From Octopus vulgaris (Eukaryota), in NCBI GenBank assembly GCA_951406725.2, contig OX597835.1:40424001-40488000 (forward strand): a DNA stretch of 64,000 nt. The letters are read 5' to 3'. The notes beneath the pieces are model-generated. The model had not been told where the DNA came from and did not search any database. It was given only the letters and a program-made list of their open reading frames with translations. The position numbers and the translations under genes are program-made. Positions 26,464 to 37,903 of this stretch are shown one piece after another. Position 1 is the stretch's first letter, and each line of letters starts with the position of its first letter.

Positions 26464-26850
26464 GGATGGAAGCACTCCGTCGGTTACGACGACGAGGGTT
26501 CCAGTTGATCCGAATCAACGGAACAGCCTGCTCGTGAAATTAACGTGTAAGTGGCTGAGCACTCCACAGACACGTGTACCCTTAAAGGAGTTCTCGGGGA
26601 TATTCAGCGTGACACAGAGAGTGACAAGGCCGGCCCTTTGAAATACAGGTACAACAGAAACAGGAAGTAAGAGTGAGAGAAAGATGTGGTGAAAGAATAC
26701 AGCAGAGATCACCACCATCCCTGCCGGAACCTCGTGGAGCTTATTAGGTGTTTTCGCTCAATAAACACTCACAACGCCCGGTCTGGGAATCGAAACCGCG
26801 ATCCTACGACCGCGAGTCCGCTGCCCTAACCACTGGGCCATTGCGCCTCC
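26464..26850 (-). mobile_element. tRNA-derived SINE (family 1)
   Basis: 12-bp TSD gtcttcttaatt; near-identical to 1661-2040. Confidence 0.85.
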
Positions 26851-28118
26851 GTCTTCTTAATTAGAATAATTTTTGACCGGCCACCTACTTGGTAGCAAAT
26901 TTGGGAGGGAAAGCGTCTCTTTTTAACCACCATTCTCTAAAACAGTGTTTCCCGACCAGGAGTGTGAGTGTCCAGCCTTGCAGCCAGGCACAAAGTGAGA
27001 AAAAGGTTAGTTCTCTTGGTTGGGTAGCTGTCCTAAGTGTTGCATTTATGTATGGCAACTGTTTCCCTCGTGGATCTGTGCATCGGGTTGCAGTACATGT
27101 GGAATGTAATTGGTGTGTGTCCATTGAGTCGGTGACTTCATTCCTTTCATGTTGTATTGGGCATGTGACGATGGAACTGAAAACTATGCATCGTGAAAGT
27201 TCGTGTCCTATAATTCTTGTTGATGCGACTGGCACGGACTGTAATTGTTTTCAAGAGTTCATGCGATGCTAAAGCAGTAAGTCTTTGAAGTTGAGCTCAC
27301 CAAATGTAATGGATAAGGTAACGAAGACTGCAGTTCTGTGGCTCGGGGGTCAGCAATTGTGGCAGGGTTGTTGTGTTCGCATCAAGTTGTGGGTAACCAG
27401 TTGTATCGTTGTGGTTGATGTATTCTAATAACGTCTCTCTGCCGATGCTCGATGCTGACAATAGAGAATGTGAAGGTGGCATTGTCACTTCTTCATTTCG
27501 GCCAACTGTAGAAAAAGAGGTATATCACTGTGACACCTATTGTTTTCGTGTGGTGTCTGTGTAGACGCGGAAAAGTTTTAAGTCAAACGGAAAACACATC
27601 AATTGACTTAGCAAAGCCATGTGATGAAATTAACTCAAAGCACTACATATGTATAAGTAGCTACAGCTCGTTCTAACCATTTCTCTTATTTCTGTAAAAT
27701 GAATTGTGGAAGCAAATTTCAGAGAAGAAACTGGAAATATCAACTGTGCGTGGTAGCAAATTTTTTCATGTTTGATTTTTTAAAAAAATTTGGTTCAGAC
27801 TCTTGATGTAATGAATACCAAATTAAGAAGCCATTACAAAAAAATAGACAAATAAAAAATTAAACATAAGAACCAAATTTTGCTTGCACGGGTTATTTCC
27901 GTGAATAGAAGACAATTTTGTAAAGGTATTTTAGAATTCCGAAAATCATAAAAGTTACAAGATCCGAAAGGCGCATGGAGAAAAGAAAGGAATGCAAATT
28001 ACTAAGATACAAAAAGAAGAAATTAATAATAAATATAAAATTATACAGATTCCCATGAATTTGAGGCTAAATTAAACAACAGAACACATTTTATGAACTT
28101 CATAAAACATTTTTGAAA

Positions 28119-29036
28119 TCATACAGGATAATACTGTCTAATACATTTTATGAAGCTCATAAAAGTATTACTGCTGTTGTAACGTCGCCAACAAAATTCA
28201 TGCAGATATGTCGAAAACAAATTATCGGACGTTCCATGCATTTTCCGATAATTGGATTTTACATGACTCCACATCCCTTCCACGGTGTTTGTGTGGATTG
28301 AGGCATCATTGGGGTCGACAAAGCTCACACTGTGGTTCACAGTCATATGGTTGGGTAGGCTGTTATACGCTCGCCATGAATCTGTGATAATCTTAGTTCC
28401 TGGCAATACATGGCGTGTAATAATGGGCAACAATGTTGCTGCACTTCTGTCCTGCACAGGAACTAAGACACATCTCAGACTACTGCGCTCAATCATGCCT
28501 AAAACCCAATGGCCTTCTCGATAAGTACCACGATGATATTTTCTGTGCATGAACTTGGATTCATCGATCTCTACAACAACATCTTCTCCTCCAAGTTGCA
28601 CAGGGTGGTCAAAACACCACATGGCACAAACATCGCGGAAGTAATTGTACCAGTTGACAATTGCCTCTGATCCAATTTCAACTTCGCCCATCACAACTTT
28701 CTGTTTACAGTCAATTATCGCCCAGTAATACATCAACTCGAGGATACAAGTCAATGGTAGGTGTGAACCCGCGAAAAACGAGTCTCGCCTAATGCTACGA
28801 TATTGCTTGCAAACAGTACACCTCCACATTTTCCCATCGGATACTGTATTGCGTGATGCAAGGTACATCCGCTCATTACAACATTCCGATGAATTGTGGA
28901 TCAATCCCACAGATGCCAGGAATTGAATTGTTGAATCCGCGTAACGCATGGCATAAATGTCTCGCAGATGGTGAGATCTTTGAGTTATCTCATCAACAGA
29001 AAGGACAGAGTCAACAATCCTATATCGTCCAGCCAT
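28119..29036 (-). CDS. Merlin / IS1595 (ISXO2)-family DDE transposase, intact ORF (Merlin-1)
   Basis: N-terminal Cys zinc ribbon; VEIDESK..RKYHRG, IITDSWRAY, VNHS..FVDP, HTNTVEGMW motifs. Confidence 0.92.
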   Translation of the reverse strand: MAGRYRIVDSVLSVDEITQRSHHLRDIYAMRYADSTIQFLASVGLIHNSSECCNERMYLASRNTVSDGKMWRCTVCKQYRSIRRDSFFAGSHLPLTCILELMYYWAIIDCKQKVVMGEVEIGSEAIVNWYNYFRDVCAMWCFDHPVQLGGEDVVVEIDESKFMHRKYHRGTYREGHWVLGMIERSSLRCVLVPVQDRSAATLLPIITRHVLPGTKIITDSWRAYNSLPNHMTVNHSVSFVDPNDASIHTNTVEGMWSHVKSNYRKMHGTSDNLFSTYLHEFCWRRYNSSNTFMSFIKCIRQYYPV

Positions 29037-29713
29037 AGTGGGATCTTATGGAAGAGTATATGATGTAATTAATAGTAATTAAGAAAATGTACAGGAGAGT
29101 CTGTTGCCAGATATGTGTGTGTGTATGTGTGCTTGTGTGTCTGTGTATGTGTGTGTGTGTGTGTGCTTGTGAGTGTGTTAGTGTGCAAAACAAAAATAAA
29201 ATAAAATAAAGATATTACGTTCCAAAAGTCTGTTCGTTCAGTCGTGGAGAAAGACACAAAGTTGTTACAGAGGTGCGTTGAAGGTATTAAGGTGACAAAC
29301 AGTGTGGGACATTGATATTGTAGCAGTCCTTTGATGACGATTCCTTACTAAGTCATGAAATGGCTTGTTCTGTTGATAACAAGTGATGTGCTTGCTTATA
29401 TTAAGACCCAGAAGGATAGATATATCATTGAGAACAATAAATTTAGTTGATTTAGCTTATGGTGTACTAGAAGAGGTTAGAAAGGGTCAAGTGGTGAAGA
29501 CATTATTTCGGGCCTAGCTAAAGGAATCTGTAAAATGTAAAACTGCTGCCAGAGAATAACGATTCACGACACATTAAACACAAAAAAAGTTAAAACAATA
29601 TTCATCGAACTTTCGCCTATTATTTTTTCTTTTACTTGTTTTAGTCATTAGACGGCGTCCATACTGGAGTGCTTATTTATCTCACACACACATACCTTCC
29701 TTCAATTTAATAA

Positions 29714-29772
<59 letters not shown>

Positions 29773-30589
29773 AGTGGGGTACCCATCCACACACACACAC
29801 AAATATACACATGCACACACACACATACACACACACACATACACACATACATATATATAAGTGGGGTTTAACTTATATATATATATATATATATATATAC
29901 TGATTGTGAAGGCACGAATTCAAGTAGTTTGGGTGTTGTGGGGTTCGAATCCTAGACAGGCAGTCGGTTGTGTTTTTGAGCAAAAGGCTTCGTTTCACGT
30001 TACTACAACAATGCGAGGAAGCGCATTGTGACCAGCGATATGTAGCAACATCCGACAGTCTAGTCGGTACAGTGATTTGTGTTGATTCTTAAGTTTGGAT
30101 GAGTTCGTGTGCCGTGGGGAGAAGAGGAATTTGGCATTTCGGAACTGTCCCTTCGTCTCAAAACAACACAAATCACTGTACCGACTAGACTGTCGGATGT
30201 TGCTACATATCGCTGGTCACAATGCGCTTCCTCACATTGCTGTAGTAACGTGAAACGAAGCCTTTTGCTCAAAAAAACAACGGATTGCCTGTCTAGGATT
30301 CGAACCCCACAACACCCAAACTACTTGAATTCGTGCCTTCACAATCAGTATACATATTTATTGTAATTCGGATAATCACTCAAGTATTTGGCTCCTACTC
30401 TATTTTATCGACATCAGAAGGATGATGAAAATGAAAGCTGACCGCGGTCAGCGATTTTGACGAGAACGTAAAAAAGCTGCACTTAATTAGTGCAGGTATT
30501 TTGTCCGACATTCCATGAATTCTTCCAATCCTCTACTTCGATTAAAATTTTTTAATAATTTTCTTTCGCTTAAGAACCGACAAATGATG

Positions 30590-31445
30590 GGTCCCAGTTA
30601 AACCGCACTTATATATACAAAAAACACAAGAAGAAAACAGCTGTTCATGCAGGAATAAAGAATTGTGCCCGCTAAATGGAGCTTGCATGTCCAAGACCAT
30701 CATATATGAAGCTACCGTAAACTCTATAACCACTAAAGACACCGTTTCGACGAAGAAATACGTGGGCCTTACAGAAGGTAATTTCAAGGCCAGGTTCAAT
30801 AACCACACTTTGAGCTTTAGGCACTGGAACAAAAGAAAAGCGACACAATTATCTAATCATATTTGGTCTTTAAGAGATAAAGGTGTTGATTATAACATAC
30901 AATGGAAGATTTTGGCCAGATGTAAGCCCTATACTAACGGCAGCGGAAGGTGCGGTCTATGCGACATGGAGAGATGGCTTATCTGGAAAAGCAGCTTAGA
31001 CCCTACTACATGTCTAAATACAAGGACAGAGCTTTTCGGATCATGCCCACATGTGACTAAATTTCTGTTACGTTTTTGGTCCCCTAAAGAAAACAGATAG
31101 AACATGCTTTCTATGTTATGTCCCAAGAAGAATTTATATATTTTTATATATTTTTTATGTATTTTTATATAATTTTTATGACGAAAAATGCGAGCGATGT
31201 ATAAGTACGCAGGCAAGCAGAGTTATAACAGAGTAATTTCCCTTTATTTAACGGTATTTTTTCATAACGTTTTCAAATAGCCAGATAACCGAAGAGATGG
31301 TGTTGTGGATTTCCACTTCGGCATCTGAAACTCAGAGTTTTATCTTGACTACCGAGTAATGTAACATATTGTATAGATAAATTTCCTCTATTTACATAAT
31401 ATTGAGGTCTCTTTCTTTCTTTTGTTATCTTACCGTTTTATCAAT
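30590..31445 (+). mobile_element. Penelope-like retroelement 3' part: GIY-YIG endonuclease plus terminal repeat
   Basis: CSCR...CPLNGAC..IIYEATV..YVGLTE..FKARF.NH..SF...CGLC..E...LNTRTE...CPH; 31266-31445 recurs at 43097-43276. Confidence 0.88.
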
Positions 31446-31552
31446 ATATATATATATATATATAATGTATGTATGTGTGTATGTGTGTGTGTGTGTATGT
31501 ATGTGTGTGTGTGCATGTGTATATTTGTGTGTGTGTGGATGGGTACCCCACT

Positions 31553-31615
<63 letters not shown>

Positions 31616-31639
31616 GTGTGTGATATATATATATATATA

Positions 31640-34600
31640 AGGACCTCACACCCCAGGTCCTTTTGTCATACTCAAACTCGGTGTGTGACACTAATTGTAC
31701 ATATAAGGCAACTTGATGTAGTTGTGTGTGCTACATATCGCCCTCCAGATGCCCCAAGCCATGTAGGTAAGTTTGAAGACTGCCTTATAAAAATAGAAGT
31801 TCTAATCACATTAGAACAACACATAAGTGTACTTCTTATGGGAGACTTCAATCTACCCAATGTCAGATGGCCCGAGGGCCTTTCTCTCCCAGGAATGACA
31901 AGATGTGAACGAGGACAGGCGAGGTCCCTCCTGAACCTCATCAACACCCTGTACATGGAGCAAGTAATACTCCAACCAACCAGGATCTTTGCTTCACAAA
32001 TAATATGGATCTCATCCATAATGTGAAAGTGACACCGTCACTAATCTCGGATCACAACATGGTAGAGCTGACCATGTACGGGCCAAAGGAAAGCATGGAC
32101 ATGCAGCCTACAAGAAACCCTCAGAATCTTTCCAGCTTGAACTTCCATAAGGCAAACTGGAAACAAATTGAGAAAGAGATCCTCAAACAAAACTGGCCTG
32201 AATGTCTCTCCTCGCCAGACATCGACGTGAAACTTCAACAATTCATGTCTGTAATGCAAGCCATATGCTACAAATGTGTCCCAGAGAGAAAGGCCACTGT
32301 ACACAAGAACAAAATCCCCAGAGAGAGGAAAATTTTAATGAGACGGCGTACAAAAATTTCAAATCGCCTAAACAAACAAATTGAAAGCAGTGAAAAGTCC
32401 TGCCTGAAAATAAAACTGTTGGAAATTGAAAAATGTCTGCAATTCTCCCATGAAAAGGAAAGAGCAGACAAAGAAGCCTGGGCTATAGACAACATAAAAT
32501 CTAACCCCAGAGCTTTCTACAGGTATGCCAAAGAAACAGCTACGGTGCACTGTAGGATAGGGCCACTCCTTGAAAAGGATGGCACACTCACAGGAAAACC
32601 AATGAGGGTAAGTGAAATACTGAATGAGCAATTCAAGAGTGTTTTCACTCCACCCCTTGGGCATTTCCAAATCACCAATCCAACTGACTTCTTTACCACT
32701 GCAGATATAAAATCAGAGGTGGCAACGATAAATTACATCGATATAAAGGAAGACGATGTAATAAAGGCTATAGATGAAATGAAAACAGACTCAGCTACTG
32801 GCCCTGATGGATTCCCGGCAATCCTCCTAAAAGTATGTAAGAGAGTCCTAGCAAGACCACTGCAGTTCCTCTTTCAGAGCTTCCTTGCAGCTGGCAAACT
32901 TCTGTAAAGAACTTAGTGTGAATATATTCTCTTGTACTTTCGGGGTACAAGAGAAGCAATCACTAGCCGTTGCTTTAATAATCCAGAATTCCACCAGTCA
33001 GAAACAACAAGACGCAGACGTAAATAATATATATACTACTTTATTCTCTAATGTGGTAACAGTAACAATAAGTGGTTATCTGGTATCCCTTTGGTATAAA
33101 TGTGTCGTGCTGAACCTTATCTCTGTAAAATAAGAAAGTGTTCAAATGCAAAACGACACTGGTCAAAGATGGCGGCGAACAATGGAGACGATGTTGGTCT
33201 GCAACAATTTGGTTAAAGGCCTTTTGGTAAGGTGCTGCTGGAATCTAGTTCGCACGGAGAGAAAATAATATGTGACCGTTGCCTTCAGTCGCTGCTGTTT
33301 TAAGTCACTGCTGACTGCTGCTAGTGGTCAAACGTTCTACGATCCCCTTGCCTCGGCTAACTGCTACGTAGGCAAAAGGGTTCTTCTTCCGGTGCTTCGC
33401 GCATGCGCGAGAGGGCCCTTCCTCTCTCTTGGTGAAGGCACCAACACCACACGCGCGAAATACAAATGGACGGTGCGCGAGCGCGCGCCGTTGTATAGGA
33501 TCACTACACTTCCAAGAAAACTGAAGGAAGGTAAAATATGCCCTATTCATAAAGGAGGTAGCAGAGCGGAGGCCAAGAACTACAGACCTATCTCTCTGAC
33601 CTCACACATCAGCAAGGTCATGGAACGAATAGTCAGAAGGAAACTGATCACCTTCCTTGAAGAAAATGACTTGCTGCCTGACACCCAACATGGTTTCCGA
33701 CCAGGGAGAAGCTGCTTAACTCAGCTCCTACAACACTATGACTGGGTGCTGAAACGACTGCTCAACCACTTAAATGTGGAAGTCATATATCTCGACTTTG
33801 CAAAGGCCTTTGATAAAGTCGATCATGGAATGATATGTCACAAACTGCATGATCTCAACATAGTTGGAAAACTGGGAGAATGGCTTCATGACTTTCTGAA
33901 AGATAGAAGTCAGGTGGTAGTAGCCAATTAACACGCAAATAGTGAGCGGTGTTCCGCAGGGCACTGTTTTGGGACCACTACTGTTCATAATGGCCCTCTC
34001 AGACATGCCCTCAGCCACGCAGAGAGCCACGATCACAAGTTATGCAGATGATACAAAAGTTTCACAGGCAATACAGAACCCTGAGGACACTAAACGCCTG
34101 CAATGTGAGCTGGACAAAATATACAAGTGGGCTGAAAAGAATAGCATGCAGTTCAATGCTGAAAAGTTTCAAGCTTTATACTATCAGCATGCAAAACTAA
34201 ATGCAATACCCAATGAATACACTGGACCCGGAGGAATTGCAATCCCGGAGGCACAATCAGTGCGTGACCTGGGTATTTACATGAGTGATGACGCAACCTT
34301 TCGTGTACATGTTGCTAAATTGGCAATGAAATGTAGACGACTAGCCGGATGGATTCTCAGAACCTTTAGAACAAGAGAACAAGAAACCATGATGGTCCTC
34401 TGGAGGACACTTGTCCTAAGCCACTTTGACTATTGCTCTCAGCTATGGTCACCATCCAGTGTCAAGTTGATCACAGAACTTGAGGCGATCCAACATAGCT
34501 ACACAAAGAAGATAGCCTCTATGCAGAATATAAGCTACTGGGAAAGACTCAAGAGATTAAAACTCTATTCCTTGGAGCATAGGCGAGAAAGATATGCCAT

Positions 34601-35043
34601 AATATACATCTGGAAGATCCTGGAGGGACTTGTCCCAAACTTTGGCATCGAGAGTTACACAAATGCCAGAACTGGGCGCCACTGCGTGGTGCCTAGGACT
34701 CCAAATTTGCCATGAAGATGTAGGACAAGATACTGTGATAGCCTGGGCTTCCGAGGCCCACAGCTCTTCAATATCCTCCCGAAGAACCTAAGAGACCTGC
34801 ATGAGGTGGATGCAGATGTCTTTAAAATGAAACTGGATCTCTTCCTGTCAGGTATCCCAGATGAACCAACTTCACGGCAGGAGGTGCAGATGAGGGCAGT
34901 TGCATCGAACTCTCTCATGCACCAAATGGCAGTTGCTAAAAAGCATTCGTGAAGTAAAACCATGTAGCAACACCAAATGGCGGTGCCCCAGCATGGCCAC
35001 AGCTCATGAGCTGAAACTAGAATCAATCAATCAATCAATCAAT
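31640..35043 (+). mobile_element. CR1/L2-group LINE (APE + RT), 5' truncated, frameshifted, interrupted by a solo LTR
   Basis: YRPPD, GDFNLP, SDH, GPDGFP, NYRPISLTS, QHGFR, YLDFAKAFDKV, GVPQG, YADD; (AATC)n tail. Confidence 0.93.
32903..33508. mobile_element. Solo LTR (Gypsy-type, 4-bp TSD) inserted in the LINE
   Basis: TGTA...TACA ends, TSD CTTC on both sides; removing it restores LINE frame AAGKL|PRKLKEG. Confidence 0.85.
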
Positions 35044-36468
35044 ATATATATATATATATATATATACACTAGAAAACTATGCACTAGAAAAGTAGGCGAT
35101 GTTACGGTTCTGGTACCGTTTACGTCAACTGACAACGTGTATTTGTTTATGGCTCCTGAGAAGAGCAGCAATCGATTACCCCAGTACTTGATTGGTACTC
35201 TATCTTATTGAGCCCCGAAATGACGAACAGCAAATTCGACCGTGGCGGGATTTGAACTCAAAACGATAGAATTTCGTTCCGAATAACTGTCTCACACAAA
35301 ATGGAATTTCTTCAATTTTTCTCGCTATTTTTTTTGCTGTCATTTTTACAAGAAAACACATGTAAGACAATCTAAAACACCTGTAAAGCAATCTTTCGGT
35401 ATTGGTAGACATTCACCACACAATTTTCAATAATGACAGAGAAAGGGACTGAGCTGATAAAGAGAGTAAATGACTGACATTCTTGCAGATCAATACCGAA
35501 GGATCACCCATATGGCGATTAATTTGCACTGTAATTTGCACTGTAACAAAAAATTCAGGTTTTTACAAACTTGCCCCCTCCCTTCGGAATAACTGCCACA
35601 ATTAAAATGAATTTTTTTTTTTTCGTTATCTTTCGTTATTTTAAGGAATTATTCCATATTCTGGAACACTTGTAATTACGTTTGGAAGAAGAAAGACTAT
35701 TTTTTCAACAAGGCAGTGACCCAGCTTGACCGCAATCTATTGACTGAAGCAAGGAAACATATCCCTAAAAATTCTCAACTCGAAATTCCCTCGGACACAC
35801 AGCTAAAATAGCGCGTGGCTTTTTGTCGAACGCTCCACCGACTTAGCCCACACCACTGTTCTTTTATTTCAATGATGCCATTTAAAAAATAAATAACTTA
35901 GCAGTTCGGCAAAAGAAGTCCGATAGAACGAGTACCAGACTTTTAAAAAAAAGCACTCCAGTATGGACGCCGTCTAATGACTAAAACAAGTAAAAGAAAA
36001 AATAATAGGCGAAAGTTCGATGAATATTGTTTTAACTTTTTTTTGTGTTTAATGTGTCACGAATCGTTATTCTCTGGCAGCAGTTTTACATTTTCCAGAT
36101 GCCTTTAGCTAGGCCCGAAATAATGTCTTCACCACTTGACCCTTTCTAACCTCTTCTAGTACACCATAAGCTATATCAACTAAATTTATTTTTCTCAATG
36201 ATATATCTATCCTTCTGGGTCTTAATATAAGCAAGCACATCACTTGTTATCAACAGAACAAGCCATTTCATGACTTAGTAAGGAATCGCCATCAAAGGAC
36301 TGCTACAATATCAATGTCCCACCCTCTTTCGGCCATACATACATACACACACACATACTTACACACACATACATATATACATACACACACACATACATGC
36401 AGACATACATATACACATACACCGAGTAAAAAATTACACTGAATCGGCCATACATACATACACACACA

Positions 36469-37026
36469 TGAAATGGCAGTGAACGTCTCCTCTGTACTTT
36501 TTGGGTGCAAGAAGCAATCACTATCCGTTGCTTTTTAATAATCCAGATTCTACCAGTCAAAGAAACACTAAACGCAGACGTAAAAAATATATATCTACTT
36601 TATTCTCTTATGACAGTAACAAATAAGTGGTATATCTGGTATCCCTTTGGTATAGATGTGTCAGAGCTGAACTTTATCGCTGTAGAATTTACAGTGTTCA
36701 AATGCTAACGACACTGGTCAAAGATGGTGTGGTCGGCAACAAATGTCAGGGAGAAACGAAGATAATACGCGTCTTCTTCTATGAAAAGGCTGACTGCTGC
36801 TATCAAATCCGGACAGAGAGAAATATACGTGTTGTACCTTCGATAGCCGTGTCTCGAGTCACTGCCTGCCTGCTGCTGCTGTATCTCCCGGACCCTTTTA
36901 AGGTTCACGCTCCCTTGGCCCAACAAGCCAAACACCACGTCAGCAAATTCCCTCTTCCGGCCCCTCCGCACGCGCGAAACAGAAAGGGGGCGGTGCGCGC
37001 GCGCGCCGTTGTACAGGATGACTACA
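36469..37026. mobile_element. Related solo LTR
   Basis: TG...CA ends, CACA flanks; homologous to 32903-33508 at both ends. Confidence 0.75.
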
Positions 37027-37903
37027 CACACATACATAGATACATACATACATACATACACACACACATACATAGATAGATACATACACACATACATATA
37101 CACATACACCGAGTAAAAAATTTCAGTTATCTCTCTCTTTCACACATTACTCTCTCTGTCTCTTCGCACACACTAACAGAAGCACTTCACTTACACAACA
37201 TACTGTCTGTCTCCCACACCCCATCAAACACACACACGGGGACTTCAAAAAGAAATTCCCTCGTCATAAAATCGCTTCCTCTTAGTCTCTTTCGCTCTCA
37301 TTACTTCAAATATTCCCGCAAAGCCATATGTAAAAAAATAAAAGTTTTTACGGAAATCGACGGAAACGTGTGCTACTGCGAACGAAACATTGCTACAATG
37401 GTGAGTAACGTAGCTCTTTTTAACCACTTTTTGTGTGTTCAAATTAAGCTAGTCTAGCCTAGCTTAAAGCCTACCATTAAATTAGGGAATTAGAAACCAG
37501 CACCCGTCGCCGTGATTATGCATGTTACCAGTTTTTGTTTTTTATTAATATTATTATTATTACACTTATTTTCGGATTTAATGGTATTATTATCAGTGCG
37601 TTAGGTCCCCCGTTTTTCTTCCAGTTGGCCTTATCTATATTCTTATTTCCTTTTTCAAATCATAATTCATGTCAACAAAAAAAAAAGAAAGAAGAAAGAA
37701 ATGGAATGATGGCTATACTCTTTACTCTCTTTTACTTGTTTCAGTCATAAACACACCAGCATCGGTTGTCAAGCAATGCTGGGGGGCAAACACAAACACA
37801 CAAACACGCTATGTGCGTTTTGGTTTCACTTTGCACGGGAAAAACAGGATTGGCAAAAAGCTACAATGCGTGCTTTGTGATACTGAGTTTCCCAACGCAA
37901 TTT

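Larger units (their letters stand above)
29306..36320. repeat. Long inverted repeat pair (29306-29672 and 35952-36320)
   Basis: gggacattgatattgtagc...catactggagtgc and its near-exact reverse complement. Confidence 0.9.

Noticed and set aside
26885-27510. ORFs downstream of Merlin-1 as possible cargo
   Set aside because: Stops in all minus-strand frames and no recognisable motif
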